The position numbers and the translations under genes are program-made. The notes under the pieces are model-generated. The model did not search any database. It was not told the DNA's origin and was given only the letters and a program-made list of their open reading frames with translations. DNA of 64,000 bases from the NCBI RefSeq assembly GCF_006345805.1, contig NC_043001.1:91388001-91452000 (forward strand), in the 5' to 3' direction. This DNA is from Octopus sinensis. Its lineage: Eukaryota. This document shows positions 10,633 to 21,917 of the stretch, piece by piece (position 1 is the stretch's first letter; each line of letters starts with the position of its first letter).

Positions 10633-11107
10633 GTGGTTAGAGTGTCAGCACCATGATCGTAAGACTGTGGTTTCGATTCCTGGACCGGGCGACGCGTTGT
10701 GTTCTTGAGCAAAACACTTCATTTCACGTTGCTCCAGTCCACTCAGCTGGCGAAAATGTGTAACACTGCGATGGACTGGCGTCCCGTCCAGCTGGGGAAC
10801 ACATACGCCGTAGAAACCAAGAAACCAGGCCCATGAGCCTGGCTAGGCTTTAAAAATGCGCATTTATTTATAAAATGCTGGCGAGCTGGAAGAAACGTTA
10901 GCACGCCGGGCGAAATGCGTAGCCGTATTTCATCTGGCATTACGTTCTGAGTTCAAATTCCGCCGAGTTCGACTTCACCTTTCATCCTTTCAGGGTCGAT
11001 AAATTAAGTACCAGTTACGCACTGGGGTCGATGTAATCGACTTAATCCGTTTGTCTGTCCTTGTTTGTCCCTTCTGTGTTTAGCCCCTTGTGGGTAGTTA
11101 AGAAATA
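10633..11107 (+). mobile_element. Composite SINE (tRNA/CORE-like monomer plus second SINE with Tx1-type tail) inside one 16-bp TSD
   Basis: GGTAGTG(T/C)TACGCTTA at 10617-10632 and 11108-11123 flanks both monomers. Confidence 0.75.
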
Positions 11108-11543
11108 GGTAGTGCTACGCTTAATATGTTATTCTGCTGGCTATGTCTGTTTGTTTTGTTTATAAAAAAATGGTTGGAATAATTAAATAATTTTGTATGA
11201 ATAATTTTCTGGCACTTTTTCGTTTAACTGTGACAGCTTGCTTTTTTTGTTTTGTTTAAGCGTGACAGCTTGCTTTTTCATTTAAACATGCACACACGTA
11301 CACAGGAGTTTTTGCGTGACAGCTGAAATATTTTTCGTTTATCTGTGACAGCTAAAATATATTTAATAAGAAATGAAAATTAAAACAAAAATACTAACAA
11401 AATATTTTATTTGAAAAATTTATAGATTATAAACATCTCTCTCACACCAATCAAAATTATAGTTTATAAACATCTCTCACACCAATCAAAAGATTCTGGA
11501 ATGGATCATCATTAAACTGATATCGCTATATGAATTCAATTAA

Positions 11544-13376
11544 GGGCGGAGGTAAAGATCATGGACCGCACCCACTTATTATTTTTTTTACGGGAACACA
11601 TTATATCGATGGCGGAGATTCCGAATCTGTAAAAAAAAAAAAAAAAAGGATTTCAAAATTTTAACCTCCCGCCCCCATTTCTTAAATTTTTACTTAAAAA
11701 AAAATATCATTTTTCTGGCGAAATACGTAGAGAAATATGGAGATTATGATTCTGAAAAAAAAAAAAAAAAAATTGAGTGATATCCGCCCGTCCCTCCCCA
11801 CCATTTTCTCCCAAATTTGTTTATTTTTATTTCCGGAAAATTGCTAAAAATCGGCATTGTTAAATTTCCCCCTTTCCTCCCCCAAATTCTTCAATTTTGA
11901 CTTTTTTCCCTAAAACTCCAACACGATCCCTAAAACCGTTACCTTAAAACCCTAACTGTAACTACAGAAATGTTTTGAAATTTTTGTCCGAATCATAATT
12001 TTCGTATTTTCCAGCATATTTAGGAAAAAAAAAAATCTTAAAAAATAATTTTACCAAAATTTTTGGAATTTTTTTTCCGTATTTCTCCACATATTTTGAA
12101 AAATAAAATTCTAAAAAAAGTGAAAAAAGAAAAAAAAAAAATGGAGGAAATGCCGATTTTTGCCAATTTTTTTGCAGATTCGTATTCACTGTAGCCGAAA
12201 AGGTAGGTGAGGTTTGTGTCGAAAAAAACAAAAAAATTTTTTAAAGGGTGGTTTTTTGGCGGGGACGGGCGGAAGTCTGGCCAATTTTTTTAAAGAATTT
12301 TTTTTCTTTTTTAAATATGCGGAAAAATACGAACATCAGGATTCGGACAAAAATTTCAAAACATTTCTGTACTTACGGTTACGGTTTTAGGGTTAGGGGT
12401 TACGGTTTTAAGGTTAGTGTTGCGGAAAGAAGTCAAAATTGAAGAAGTTGGGGTGGTGGGGAGAAAATTTTCCACAATGCCGACTTATGGCAATTTTCCG
12501 GAACCTCTGTATTCGAAAACGGGGATTTTTGGCAAAAAAAAAAAATTTTAATTGAACAAATTTGGGAGAAAATGGCGGGGGGGGGGAGCGGAAGTCTTCC
12601 CAAAAAATTTTACAAAGATTTTTGGACATTTTTTTCAGAATCATAATCGTATTTTTCCGCATATTTTGAGAAAAAAACATTCTGAAAAAGTTTAAAATGA
12701 GGGTGGTGGGTAATTTAGAAATGTCGATTTTTGCCAATTTTTTTTTGCAGATTCGTATTCCCCGTAGCCGAAAAGTGGGGAGGAGGGTTGTGTCCTAAAA
12801 AAAGTTTTAAAAAAGGGTGGTTTCGGGGGTGGGGACGGGCGGAAGTCTTGCTACAATTTTTTTTAGAATCATAATCTCCGTATTTTTCTACGTATTTCGC
12901 CAAAAGATATTTTGAAAATAAGTGAAAAATGATGATATTAATTACAATTTTGAAACGTGTTTCTAGCCTGTTAGGTTTTCTGTTTAGATACTTTTTGCAT
13001 CTGCTATTTTATAATTCTATGCTTGCACAAAACATTTGTAGAGATAACACTTGAATTTCGCTTCTTGTCAGAGGGCGGATGGGAGGGGGTGTTTTTTTTT
13101 GTTTTTTTTTTAAAAATTGAAATTTTATAATTTTTTTCCAGACTCATAATATTTTTCTACGTATTTTCCCCCTCCCCCGCCCGGCCGCCCGAGCTTTTTT
13201 AAAAAGTGAAAATTTAAGAAATTGGGGTGGGGGAATGAGGGGTGAAATCAAAATTTTGAAATGCAGATATTTTTTTGCAGATTCAGAATCTCCACCGTCG
13301 ATATAGTGCGTTCCTGTAAAAGAAAAAAAAAAAGAAAAATCTCAAAGGGTGTGGTCCATGATATTTACCTCTGCCC
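11544..13376. mobile_element. Non-autonomous fold-back-type DNA element nested in Merlin (Kolobok-like ends, tentative)
   Basis: Terminal IR GGGCGGAGGTAAAGATCATGGACCGCACCC...ACGGGAACACATTATATCGATGGCGGAGATTCCGAATCTG versus 13270-13376. TTAA at the left junction. Further internal inverted modules (about 11700-12000 versus 12320-12700). No ORF. Confidence 0.75.
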
Positions 13377-13920
13377 TATTAAGACATGTCCTTGCTGATC
13401 CAATTTCTCTTTTCTTCAGTCTTTTGGCACTGTTCCACATTGCCTCTACATGATTGGTAGAAGCTCGTGAAATAGAATCGACGAAATTAACCGAGTGATT
13501 GATAGTGAGGTGATTATAACCAAGGTTTGCAATGGTGTTATAAACCTTCAATAAATTGGATATTATTGTTGTTCCAGGGCGTATACATTGTTGAATTATT
13601 GGTAATAACCTTTCAGCTGATCTGTCTGGAACTGCAACCAAAAAGCACTTTTTTCCTTGCCCTAATTCAACACCACTGAATACTCAATGAGTTTTCACTT
13701 GGTGACCATCATTAAACTTTCGTCAGACAACAGCTGATTCATCTATTTCCACATATATTCCTTCTCCGCCCAATTCAAGGGGATTTTTCAGGAAATATTT
13801 GGCACATATGTCTCTGCAATAATTTTTCCCATTCACAACAGCCTCGGAGTCTAAACCCATTTCACGATTTAAAAATTTTGTACAGCTCAATTCATATGAC
13901 CACCAATATATTAAAGAAAC
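13377..13920 (-). pseudogene. Merlin transposase pseudogene, main part (C-terminal 29 codons at 11543-11457)
   Basis: Two in-frame stops upstream of ORF 13342-13641; the expected second catalytic Asp (IISD) reads IISN. The frame resumes as LIEFI*RYQFNDDPFQNLLIGVRDVYKL* on the far side of the nested insertion. Confidence 0.85.
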
Positions 13921-14092
13921 AATTGTCCTTAGTGACAGTTTCCCTATAGCCTTAGGCTAACAACTATCACCTCGGTCAAACTGTCACGCTTAAACGAAAA
14001 AGCAAAACTTAAACGAAACGAAATGCTTAACCAAAACGAAAAATCAAAAAGCAAGCTGACACGGTTAAATGAAAAAGCGCCAATATTCTTTT

Positions 14093-14564
14093 GGCGATCT
14101 TTCGTTTGTAGTAGCACGTTTCCGTCGATGATTTCCGTAAAAAACTTTTATTTTTTTACATATGGGCTTGCGGGAACATTTGAAGTAATGAGAGCGAAAG
14201 AGACTAAGAGGAAGCGATTTTATGACGAGGGAATTTCTTTTGAAGTTACCGAAGCATTGATGTACATGTGTGTGTGTGTGTGTGTGTGTTTGATGGGGTG
14301 TGGGAGACACAGTATGTTGCGTAAGTGAAGTGCTTCTGTTAGTGTGTGTGTGAAGAGAAAGAGAGAGTAATGTGTGAAAGAGAGAGATAACTGAAATTTT
14401 TTACTCGGTGTATGTGTGTGTGTGTGTATCTATGCTTGTGTGTGTGTGTGTATGTATGTGTGTATGTATGTATGTATGGCCGATTCAGTGTACATATGTA
14501 AAAAAATAAAAGTTTTTTACGGAAATCATCGACGGAAACGTGCTACTACAAACGAAAGATCGCC
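14093..14564. repeat. Perfect 72-bp inverted repeat (14093-14164 / 14493-14564) with 328-bp spacer; possible Merlin-related MITE
   Basis: Arms identical by base-by-base reading. The ends GGCGATCTTTCGTTT resemble the adjacent Merlin TIR. No TSD found. Confidence 0.85.
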
Positions 14565-14974
14565 CTTTCCTACTCCCAACAAATGAAAAGAGATGAGAGA
14601 TTTATGTTTAGTGTTTTTAGGGTTTTTTACAATGTTGAAATCTCACTGTCTTTCATTGTGTGTGTGTGTACTTATGTATATGCGTGTATGTTCAATGCGC
14701 TCGCGCGTGTGACGTAGTCTTTTAATGTACGGAGTTCAGTAAGTATCAGAACAGGCTACTTGAGTGAGTGTCAATTATTTCCCCGAAATGGCAAGTAGCC
14801 TGATAAAGCAGCTGATTTGTCTTTGATAGTATAACAGTCTAAAACCTTGGCCATATTACGTAACTAAATGCGTTCTCTTAGTTAAATAATTTCAAAATGA
14901 TTTGGCTCAACCAATAAGTATTTATTGCATGACCAACATCAGAAGTCACTGCACACTACTGGTATGTATGTATG

Positions 14975-15345
14975 GGCGGATATTTCTTTTTTTTACAGAA
15001 TCCCCCATTTTCGAGTACGGAGGTTCTGATTCTGCAAAGAAAAATGGCATTTTAAAATTTTAATTTCTCCCCACCTTCACCCACCAAGTTCTTCAATTTA
15101 AACTTTTTCAGAATTTTTAATTTTAGAATCATAATCTCTCTATTTTTCTACGTATTTCGCAAAAAAAAAAAAAAAAAAATTCTGAAAAAGTGAAAATTGA
15201 AGAATTTGTGGCGAGTGGATGGGGGTAGAATTAAAATTTTTAAATGCCCGTTTTTCTGTTAGAATCACAATCTCTGTACTCGAAAATGGGGGATTCTGTG
15301 AAAAAACAAAACAAAACAACGAAAGGGTGTGCAGTCCACTTTCTT
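14975..15345. mobile_element. Short MITE of the same fold-back family as 11544-13376
   Basis: IR CAGAATCCCCCATTTTCGAGTAC (about 14997) versus GTACTCGAAAATGGGGGATTCTG (about 15276). Shares the AGAATCATAATCTC and AAAGGGTGTG modules. A further fragment lies near 48110-48290. Confidence 0.65.
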
Positions 15346-16012
15346 TACATCTGCCATATGTATGTATGTATGTGTGTATTCAATGGGCTCTTTTCAGCCT
15401 GCCTGGAGTCATTTGGCAAGGTGCTATGCAATGGGACTGAATTCAAAACCATGTGATTGGGAAGCAAGATTCTTAGCCATACAGCCACCTTTGGACTACC
15501 ACAATAAACATATGAAGTAAGTCCATGCAACACTCTCAGACTGCTGTTTAACTCTTTGATATGGTGAGATTACTCTACAAACCCAAGCATCAACTCCTTG
15601 ACTGCATCACTCTTCTCTTATAGCAATTTGATGACAGGTAATGACTTACTTATATCTTAGATTGACCCTCATTTTTTGTGAAAATAATGTAGGCCAATAA
15701 TGAGCTGTTGTGCTGTTGTTTAACCTTGTTGTAGCCCTGGTCAAGTAGGTACGTGTTCAAAGACATATCCAGTGGTAGTCATCTGTCTGAATGCCAATTA
15801 CGTCGTCATTTATAAGTGTCCTATAAATTGTTCACTGGTTTCTTGTATCACGAATGGCAACAACAACAAGGAAGTATTTATGTAATTCAGGTGGAATGAA
15901 TATGGCCAGGTATTTTTGTTCACCACAACAGTTTATTCTCATTTTTCTCACTGATTTTTATATCTTCCACTGATACACATGATATACACATGTTACTACG
16001 CTTGTATATTTA

Positions 16013-16230
16013 AGAGGGGGTGCTGAAGGGTTCCTGGCTTTAAGGGTATTGTGAAAGGCCTGGTTGAGAGGCTCAGCCTTCTGAGTTCTTTTACAGGGCT
16101 TAGAAAAACTGAAGGACCGCTTCAATAAGTGGGTGAATCTGAGAAGGGAATATGTTGAATAAAATCATAATTAACTGATCCTTCTGTATTTTCTTTTACC
16201 CAAATCCAGGAACTTTTTAGTACCCCCTTG
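16013..16230 (+). mobile_element. mariner-derived MITE
   Basis: TA-flanked TIRs AGAGGGGGTGCTGAAGGGTTCCTGG / CCAGGAACTTTTTAGTACCCCCTTG. The interior encodes the mariner C-terminus LEKLKDRFNKWVNLRREYVE*. Confidence 0.75.
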
Positions 16231-16735
16231 TATATATAACACACACACACACACACGCATAAACACATGTGTAGGCATGGCTGTGCAACTAAAAAGTTTG
16301 TTCACTGATCACATAGTTTTTAGGTTCAGTCACATTATATGACCCCTTGAGCAAGTGTCTTCTATTGTAGCTTCAGGCTGATCAAAGTCTTGCAGGTGTA
16401 TTTGGCTGACAGAAACGGAAAGATGTTTGTCATATGTGCATGTCTGTGCATGTGTTTGTGTATGTGTGCATGTGTGTCTCCTTGCTTTGATATCATGTGA
16501 TAGATGTAAACGAGCGTCACCATCACACAAGTGGTATTGTTCGTTCCCAATCTTCAGGAAAAATATGTCCAGCCATAAGGAAATATTACCTTATTTGGAA
16601 ACAAGTGAGGTTTGGTGACTGGAAGGGTACAGAGCCATAGCTAATCTACCTTAACAAATACCATCTGAGTCATGCAAATATGGTATAAGGGAACATTAAA
16701 TGAGGATGATGATGATCCACACATACACACACATA

Positions 16736-17068
16736 CGAGATGGTATCAAAAAGTACCCAAGCTAGTTGTGTAGTGTGCCAACAGATGGCAGCACAGTGAA
16801 AGCTAGCAGTAACCTTCATGAGGCAGTGTGTTGAGTGACATCACTGTGTATATTTCGCAAATTGTGAAATTTGTGTTTTTGTGATCACGTGTAGGCTGTA
16901 GTCTGTGATTTTGTCATGGAAGCTGGAACAAAGAGCCAACTTGAATTTGTGTATTAAACTTTGGAAGTCTGCTACAAAGACATTGAGCATGTTTCAGCAA
17001 GCCTATGGCAATGATGCAATGGGTCGTATGCAATATTTTGAGTGGTACAGGTGCTTCAAAAGTTGAAG
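16736..17068 (+). mobile_element. mariner 5' fragment
   Basis: TA|CGAGATGGTATCAAAAAGT end; decayed N-terminal HTH KLEQRANLNLCIKLWKSATKTLSMFQQAYGNDAMGRMQYFEWYRCFKS. Confidence 0.8.
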
Positions 17069-17883
17069 AAGGTCCTCATTTTTTTTTTTACTCTTTTACT
17101 TGTTTCAGTCATTTGACTGCAGCTATGCTAGAGCACCGCCTTTAGTCGAGCAAATTGATCCCAGGACTTATTCTTTGTAAGCCTAGTACTTATTCTATCG
17201 GTCTCTTTTGCCAAACCTTTTTCTTGATATTATGGCTAAAATATGCAATGTGATACAGCATTTTGTAGTACCGGTATATTCTACAAAATGAGAAAGACGC
17301 AGTTTCATCTTTCAGATGATTACATAAATAATTTTACATAAGTATAATGATTAGAGGAGGTCTTCATGGTCATTTTAAGACCAAAACCAGCTTCCTACTT
17401 TCCTTCTTTGCTGAGATATCGCATTCTGAAAGTCACAGAACTTTGCATTTTTCTCGGTTTTTAAGTTGTGGCATTTACAATGGTCTGTTACTAAATGCCT
17501 CAATTGTAACTGATAATTAAAAATGTGCTAAAGCATTTCTTTGTGATATTATTTGGATTATATTATGTTTGTGTGTATGAACATGTTTGTGTGTAGCCTT
17601 GTCTTGTCATCATGTGATGTTTTAAATGAGATTGTTCATCTTCAGTCTTCTGTGAGAAATATACCTAGGTATGGAAAAATATTACCTTGCTTCAAAACAG
17701 ATGAAGCTTAACGAAGGGAAGGGTATATATCTGTAGAGAATCTGCCTCAACAAATTCTGTATGACCTATGTAAGCATGGAATACTAAATGTGTGCTGATA
17801 CTGATGATGATTGTGCAATATTGAATGACACATTTGAAATTTAATCATGCAATGAGAAAATAACAAACCATAGCTTCACTTAC

Positions 17884-17965
17884 ATGTTGCAACAAAAGCT
17901 GAACTATAATCTCGTGTCCTCCTGCAGCTGCTTCCATGAAAGGAGTCATCCCCAGGCTTGGTTCC
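17884..17965 (-). CDS. ANKS3: ANKS3 coding exon 4 (ankyrin repeat)
   Basis: Acceptor GGCAG|G, donor CAT|GTAAGT, 82 nt, phase 2 to 0. Encodes (R)EPSLGMTPFMEAAAGGHEIIVQLLLQH; human has EPICGFTPLMEAAAAGHEIIVQYFLNH. Confidence 0.93.
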
Positions 17966-18487
17966 CTGCCAACATGAAATAATAATAATAATAAATAAAA
18001 AATAAAAAATTTTAAATGCACCCTTTTAAAGCCTAGCCAGGCTCATGGGCCTGGTTTCAATGGCGTATACATTCCCCAGCTAGATGGGACGCCAGTCCAT
18101 CGCAGCGTTACTCATTTTTGCCAGCTGAGTGGACTGGAGCAATGTAAAATGAAGTGTTTTGCTCAAGAACACAACGCGTTGCCCAGTCCAGGAATCGAAA
18201 GCAAAGTCTTACGATAATGATGCTGATACCCTAACAACTAAGCCACGCGCCTCCACAACAATAATAATAATAATAATAATCTTTTCTACTATAGGTACAA
18301 GGCCTGAAATTTGGGCGAGGCGACTAGTCGATTACATCAACCCCGAAAGGATGAAAGGCAAAGTCGACCTTGGTGGAATTTGAACTAAGAACAAAGCAAC
18401 AGGGGAAATACAGCTAAGCATTTCGTCCAGCATGCTAACAATTCTACCAGCTCACTGCCTTAATAATAATAATAATAATAATAATAA

Positions 18488-19310
18488 ACGCAAAAGAAAT
18501 AGACAAAGATAAATCCCAGCAATGGTTGAGAAGCTCAGGACTCAAAGCAGAAACAGAGGGATTTTTAATTGCAGCACAAGACCAAAGCCTCCCCACCAGA
18601 AATTACCAAAAACATGTAATGAAAAGAAATATTACAAGTAACTGCAGAATATGTGGAGATGGACAAGAAACAATAAATCATATTATCTCTAGCTGCCCAG
18701 TCCTGGCTAAGAAGGAATATATTCACAGACATGACAGAGTTGGAACCTACATACATTGGAAGCTATGCCAACATTATGGAATAACAACAGAAAAAAGATG
18801 GTATAGGCACACACCAGAAAAGGTCACAGAAAACGAGAAAGCAACCATACTCTGGGATATGCCGATACACACAGATAGAGAAATTAAGGCCAACAGACCA
18901 GATATAGTTGTCAGAGATCATGAAGAAAAAAAATGCTTTCTAATTGATGTATCAATACCGACAGATGACAACGTGTCTCTAAAAGAAATGGAGAAACTCT
19001 CAAAATACAAAGACCTGGAAATAGAGGTAACTAGAATGTGGAACCTGAAAACAGAAACAATTCCTATCATAGTAGGTGCATTAGGCATGATAAAAAATAT
19101 TCAGACAAATACATAACAAAAACACCAGGACTTACAAACACATATAACATACAGAAAATTGCACTACTAGGCACTGCACACATCCTACGCAGAACACTTT
19201 CCATACAATAACCATCAGAGCATCACAACAAATCACAACACATACCCAAGGCACACAGAGCTGCGCTCGGTAGTGAAGTGAAAGCACGCTATAAAAATAA
19301 AACTACTGAA
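18488..19310 (+). mobile_element. 5'-truncated R4/Dong-clade RLE non-LTR retrotransposon in a (TAA)n tract
   Basis: CCHC knuckle CRICGDGQETINHIISSC, restriction-like endonuclease RPDIVV...LIDVSIP...EKLSKYKDL, and IPIIVGALG. After a frameshift the frame gives IQKIALLGTAHILRRTLS. (TAA)n on both flanks (18461-18487, 19311-19328). Confidence 0.9.
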
Positions 19311-20110
19311 TAATAATAATAATAATAAGTGCCCTGATGCAATACCAGGCAGTAGCTCTCATGTTTTCTGATTTTAACTGATTGGAAGTATTATTATGTA
19401 CATTGTTTTGTCTTGGTATAAAAGATGTACTACAGCAAATATTGTGCTCAATACCACAGATTTGCTTGTTAGTTGTTTGACCTTAACCAGTTGAGCATGT
19501 TTCTGAGTGGCTGACGATATGTGCATCTCTGATCACGAGCAGAAGTAGTGGGACAGCATCATAGCCATGTGTTGAGAGGGATTCTTTAGGGTTTGAATAA
19601 TTCACCTTTGGAAACATGGGTATTTCATTCAACATCCTTAAACAACCCTTATTTAGGGACCTTTTGAGCAGGATGAGCAACTCAACCTGAAGAAAATTCT
19701 AACTAGGCCCCACCTGCAAGATCTTGATATGAGATCGCCATGTTGCACACATATGGTGGTGATGCATGTGCCTGGTGTACCCTTATCAGATGGGTAGTCA
19801 TGCTGGGTATATTAGGCTTTGTGCATTTGTATCCCAGTTTCACTTTGATAGCATGCACTGCTCTCTCTCACTCAATAATAATGATAATAATAATAATGAT
19901 AATAATTAAAATTTTGCCACAAGGGCAGCAATTTGGGGGTGGGGATAGTCAATTACATCATCCCCCCTACTTGACTGGTACTTAATTTATTGACCAAGAA
20001 AAGATGAAAGGCAAAGTCGACCTCGGTGGAATTTGAACTCAGAATGTAGCAGATGAAATACTGCTAAGCATTTCGTCCAATACAGTGACACTTCTACCAG
20101 CTTGCCACCT

Positions 20111-20284
20111 TAATAATAATAATAATAATAATAATAAAATAATAATAATAAAATAATAATAAAAATAATAATAATAGTAATATAAATAATAATAAAATAA
20201 TAATAATAAAAATAATAATAAAATAATAATAATAAAATAATAATAGTAATATAATAATAATAATAATAAAATAATAATAATAAT
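20111..20284. repeat. Complex (AAT)n microsatellite in ANKS3 intron 3
   Basis: Direct reading. Confidence 0.95.
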
Positions 20285-20490
20285 CATGATTCTTTCTAAT
20301 TTTGGTATAAGAACAGCAATTCTTGTTTTCTTCCTCTACTCCAATACTACAATTGCCACCCAAAAAATCTTGAAAACCCTAAAGAGGGTTATAGACACTG
20401 CCCCTCTCCTACTAAGCCATAAAAAGATGTAGATATAAGAATTCAAAGCAAAATAGAGGCACCATTGAAAAGTATCAATAACCTATATAC

Positions 20491-20612
20491 CTGGCATTTA
20501 AGTTGGCATTATTCTCTAACAGGAATTTGACAACATTCTGGTGTCCAGCATACGTGGCATGGAACAAGGATGTCCATCCTCGTTTATCCACTGCTTCAAG
20601 ATCAGAGCCATG
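20491..20612 (-). CDS. ANKS3: ANKS3 coding exon 3 (ankyrin repeat)
   Basis: Acceptor TTTTCCAG|CAT, donor AG|GTATAT, 122 nt, phase 0 to 2. Encodes HGSDLEAVDKRGWTSLFHATYAGHQNVVKFLLENNANLNA; human has QGAELEMKDIQGWTALFHCTSAGHQHMVRFLLDSGANANV. Confidence 0.93.
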
Positions 20613-21125
20613 CTGGAAAATAAAATAGAAAAAGATTAACAAGAAGTGTTATTATAAAGGTTTCAAATTTTGACACAAAGCCAGCAATTTAGGGGAGGGG
20701 TTAAGTTGATTACATCGCCTGGTGCTTATTTTATTGACCCTAAAGGACGAGAGGCAAAGTAAACCTTAGCAGAATTTGAACTCAGACCATAAAGACAGAT
20801 GAAATACTGCCAAGCACTTTCTCTATCTTCACTCACAAACACACACAATCACACAAACACATACATATGCATTTCTCCCACTCCCCACCACACACACACA
20901 CAATAAGTTTCTTTCAGCTTCTGTCTACTACAACCACTCACAAGGCCAGAAAGCATTAGTCAGTCTACGGTGCAAAGCAGTGGGTCTGAACTTGAAACCA
21001 TGCAGTTAGGAGTGAACGTCCTAACCACACAACCATGCCCATGTCTACCTTACCTATCCAATCACAACATTGTCACTAAAAACAATGGTTTTATGCAGAT
21101 TGAAGACTGGGATTATTTTTGTTAC

Positions 21126-21324
21126 CTGAAACAGAAAATAGGACACTCTTTCATTGCCACAGCTGGAAGCTAACATCAAAGATGTTTGCCCCTTGTAGTT
21201 GCTTATGTTCACATTGGCATTGGCCTTCAACAGAAGGTTCAAGATGTTTTCATGTCCAATATAGCTGGCATACATCAACGGAGTCCATCCACCTTTATTG
21301 CGGCAGTCGATATTTACTTCATTC
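21126..21324 (-). CDS. ANKS3: ANKS3 coding exon 2 (ankyrin repeats)
   Basis: Acceptor TTCTAG|G, donor CAG|GTAAC, 199 nt. Encodes (R)NEVNIDCRNKGGWTPLMYASYIGHENILNLLLKANANVNISNYKGQTSLMLASSCGNERVSYFLFQ; human has GGWTPLMYASYIGH...GQTPLMLASSCGNESIAYFLLQ. Confidence 0.95.
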
Positions 21325-21720
21325 CTAGAAAGGCAAAAAAAAAAAAAAGGTTTTTAATTCAGTATCATCAGAAAAGTAGTGTAGTAAGGGAGAGGCAGGA
21401 GGTGACAGGGGAGAGATTGTGGCAGTGGGGGTAGGTTGTGATAGTGGAACGAAGGCTGCAGCTGGAGGTGGTGCAGTCCAACAGAGTTGCTTTTATGGGA
21501 GTGGCACTTTTAGGTCACTCCCATAAAATACTGGCCTAGGAGAAAATTCAAGGGTCATCCTGGGCAGTACACACTTTAACTATGCCATTGCATCACAAAC
21601 TGACCTCTGTCTGTCTGTCTTTGCCTCAATCTCTCCCTCTCTATCCCTCTCTTTCTCTCCCTCTCTCATGCACAGAGTTAGAAACTCAAATACACATATA
21701 TAATTGAAACTGTATCTTAC

Positions 21721-21917
21721 CTGACCAAAATAGAACGGACACATTCATAATGTCCAATGCTGGAAGCTGTGTGAATGTCAAGAGGACAAGGTACAAAATC
21801 TTCATCTTCATTAATAGCCACTCGTCCTCGCCAAACTGAAAGACTCCGATCAAGAAGCTCACTCTCAGAAGATTCATCAGAACCCTCACATGAGTTGTTT
21901 TCAGTACCAGAACTCAT
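21721..21917 (-). CDS. ANKS3: ANKS3 (ankyrin repeat and SAM domain protein 3) orthologue, coding exon 1
   Basis: Translates MSSGTENNSCEGSDESSESELLDRSLSVWRG...PLDIHTASSIGHYECVRSILV. This matches the remembered human ANKS3 N-terminus (MSELSDEASEPELLNRSLSMWHG...PLDLHTAASIGQYEVV). ATG at 21917; donor AG|GTAAG; 197 nt, phase 2. Confidence 0.92.

Larger units (their letters stand above)
11211..14081 (-). mobile_element. Merlin (IS1016/ISXO2-like) DNA transposon, decayed
   Basis: TIRs GGCACTTTTTCGTTTAACTGTGACAGCTTGC / reverse complement GGCGCTTTTTCATTTAACCGTGTCAGCTTGC. 8-bp TSD AATTTTCT / AATATTCT. Subterminal GTGACAGC repeats. Transposase motifs YVEIDES, VPDRSA, LGYNHLTINHSVNFVD, NHVEAMW and LIEFI*R. 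Confidence 0.88.

Noticed and set aside
17385-17510. Candidate extra ANKS3 exon (LQLRHLVTDHC...)
   Set aside because: No ANKS3 similarity; exon 4 joins exon 5 in frame and colinearly with the human protein without it.
18281-18460. SINE IV as partner of the Dong element because of flanking AAT repeats
   Set aside because: In element-sense orientation the SINE ends in (ATT)n and Dong in (TAA)n, and I saw no shared tail sequence.
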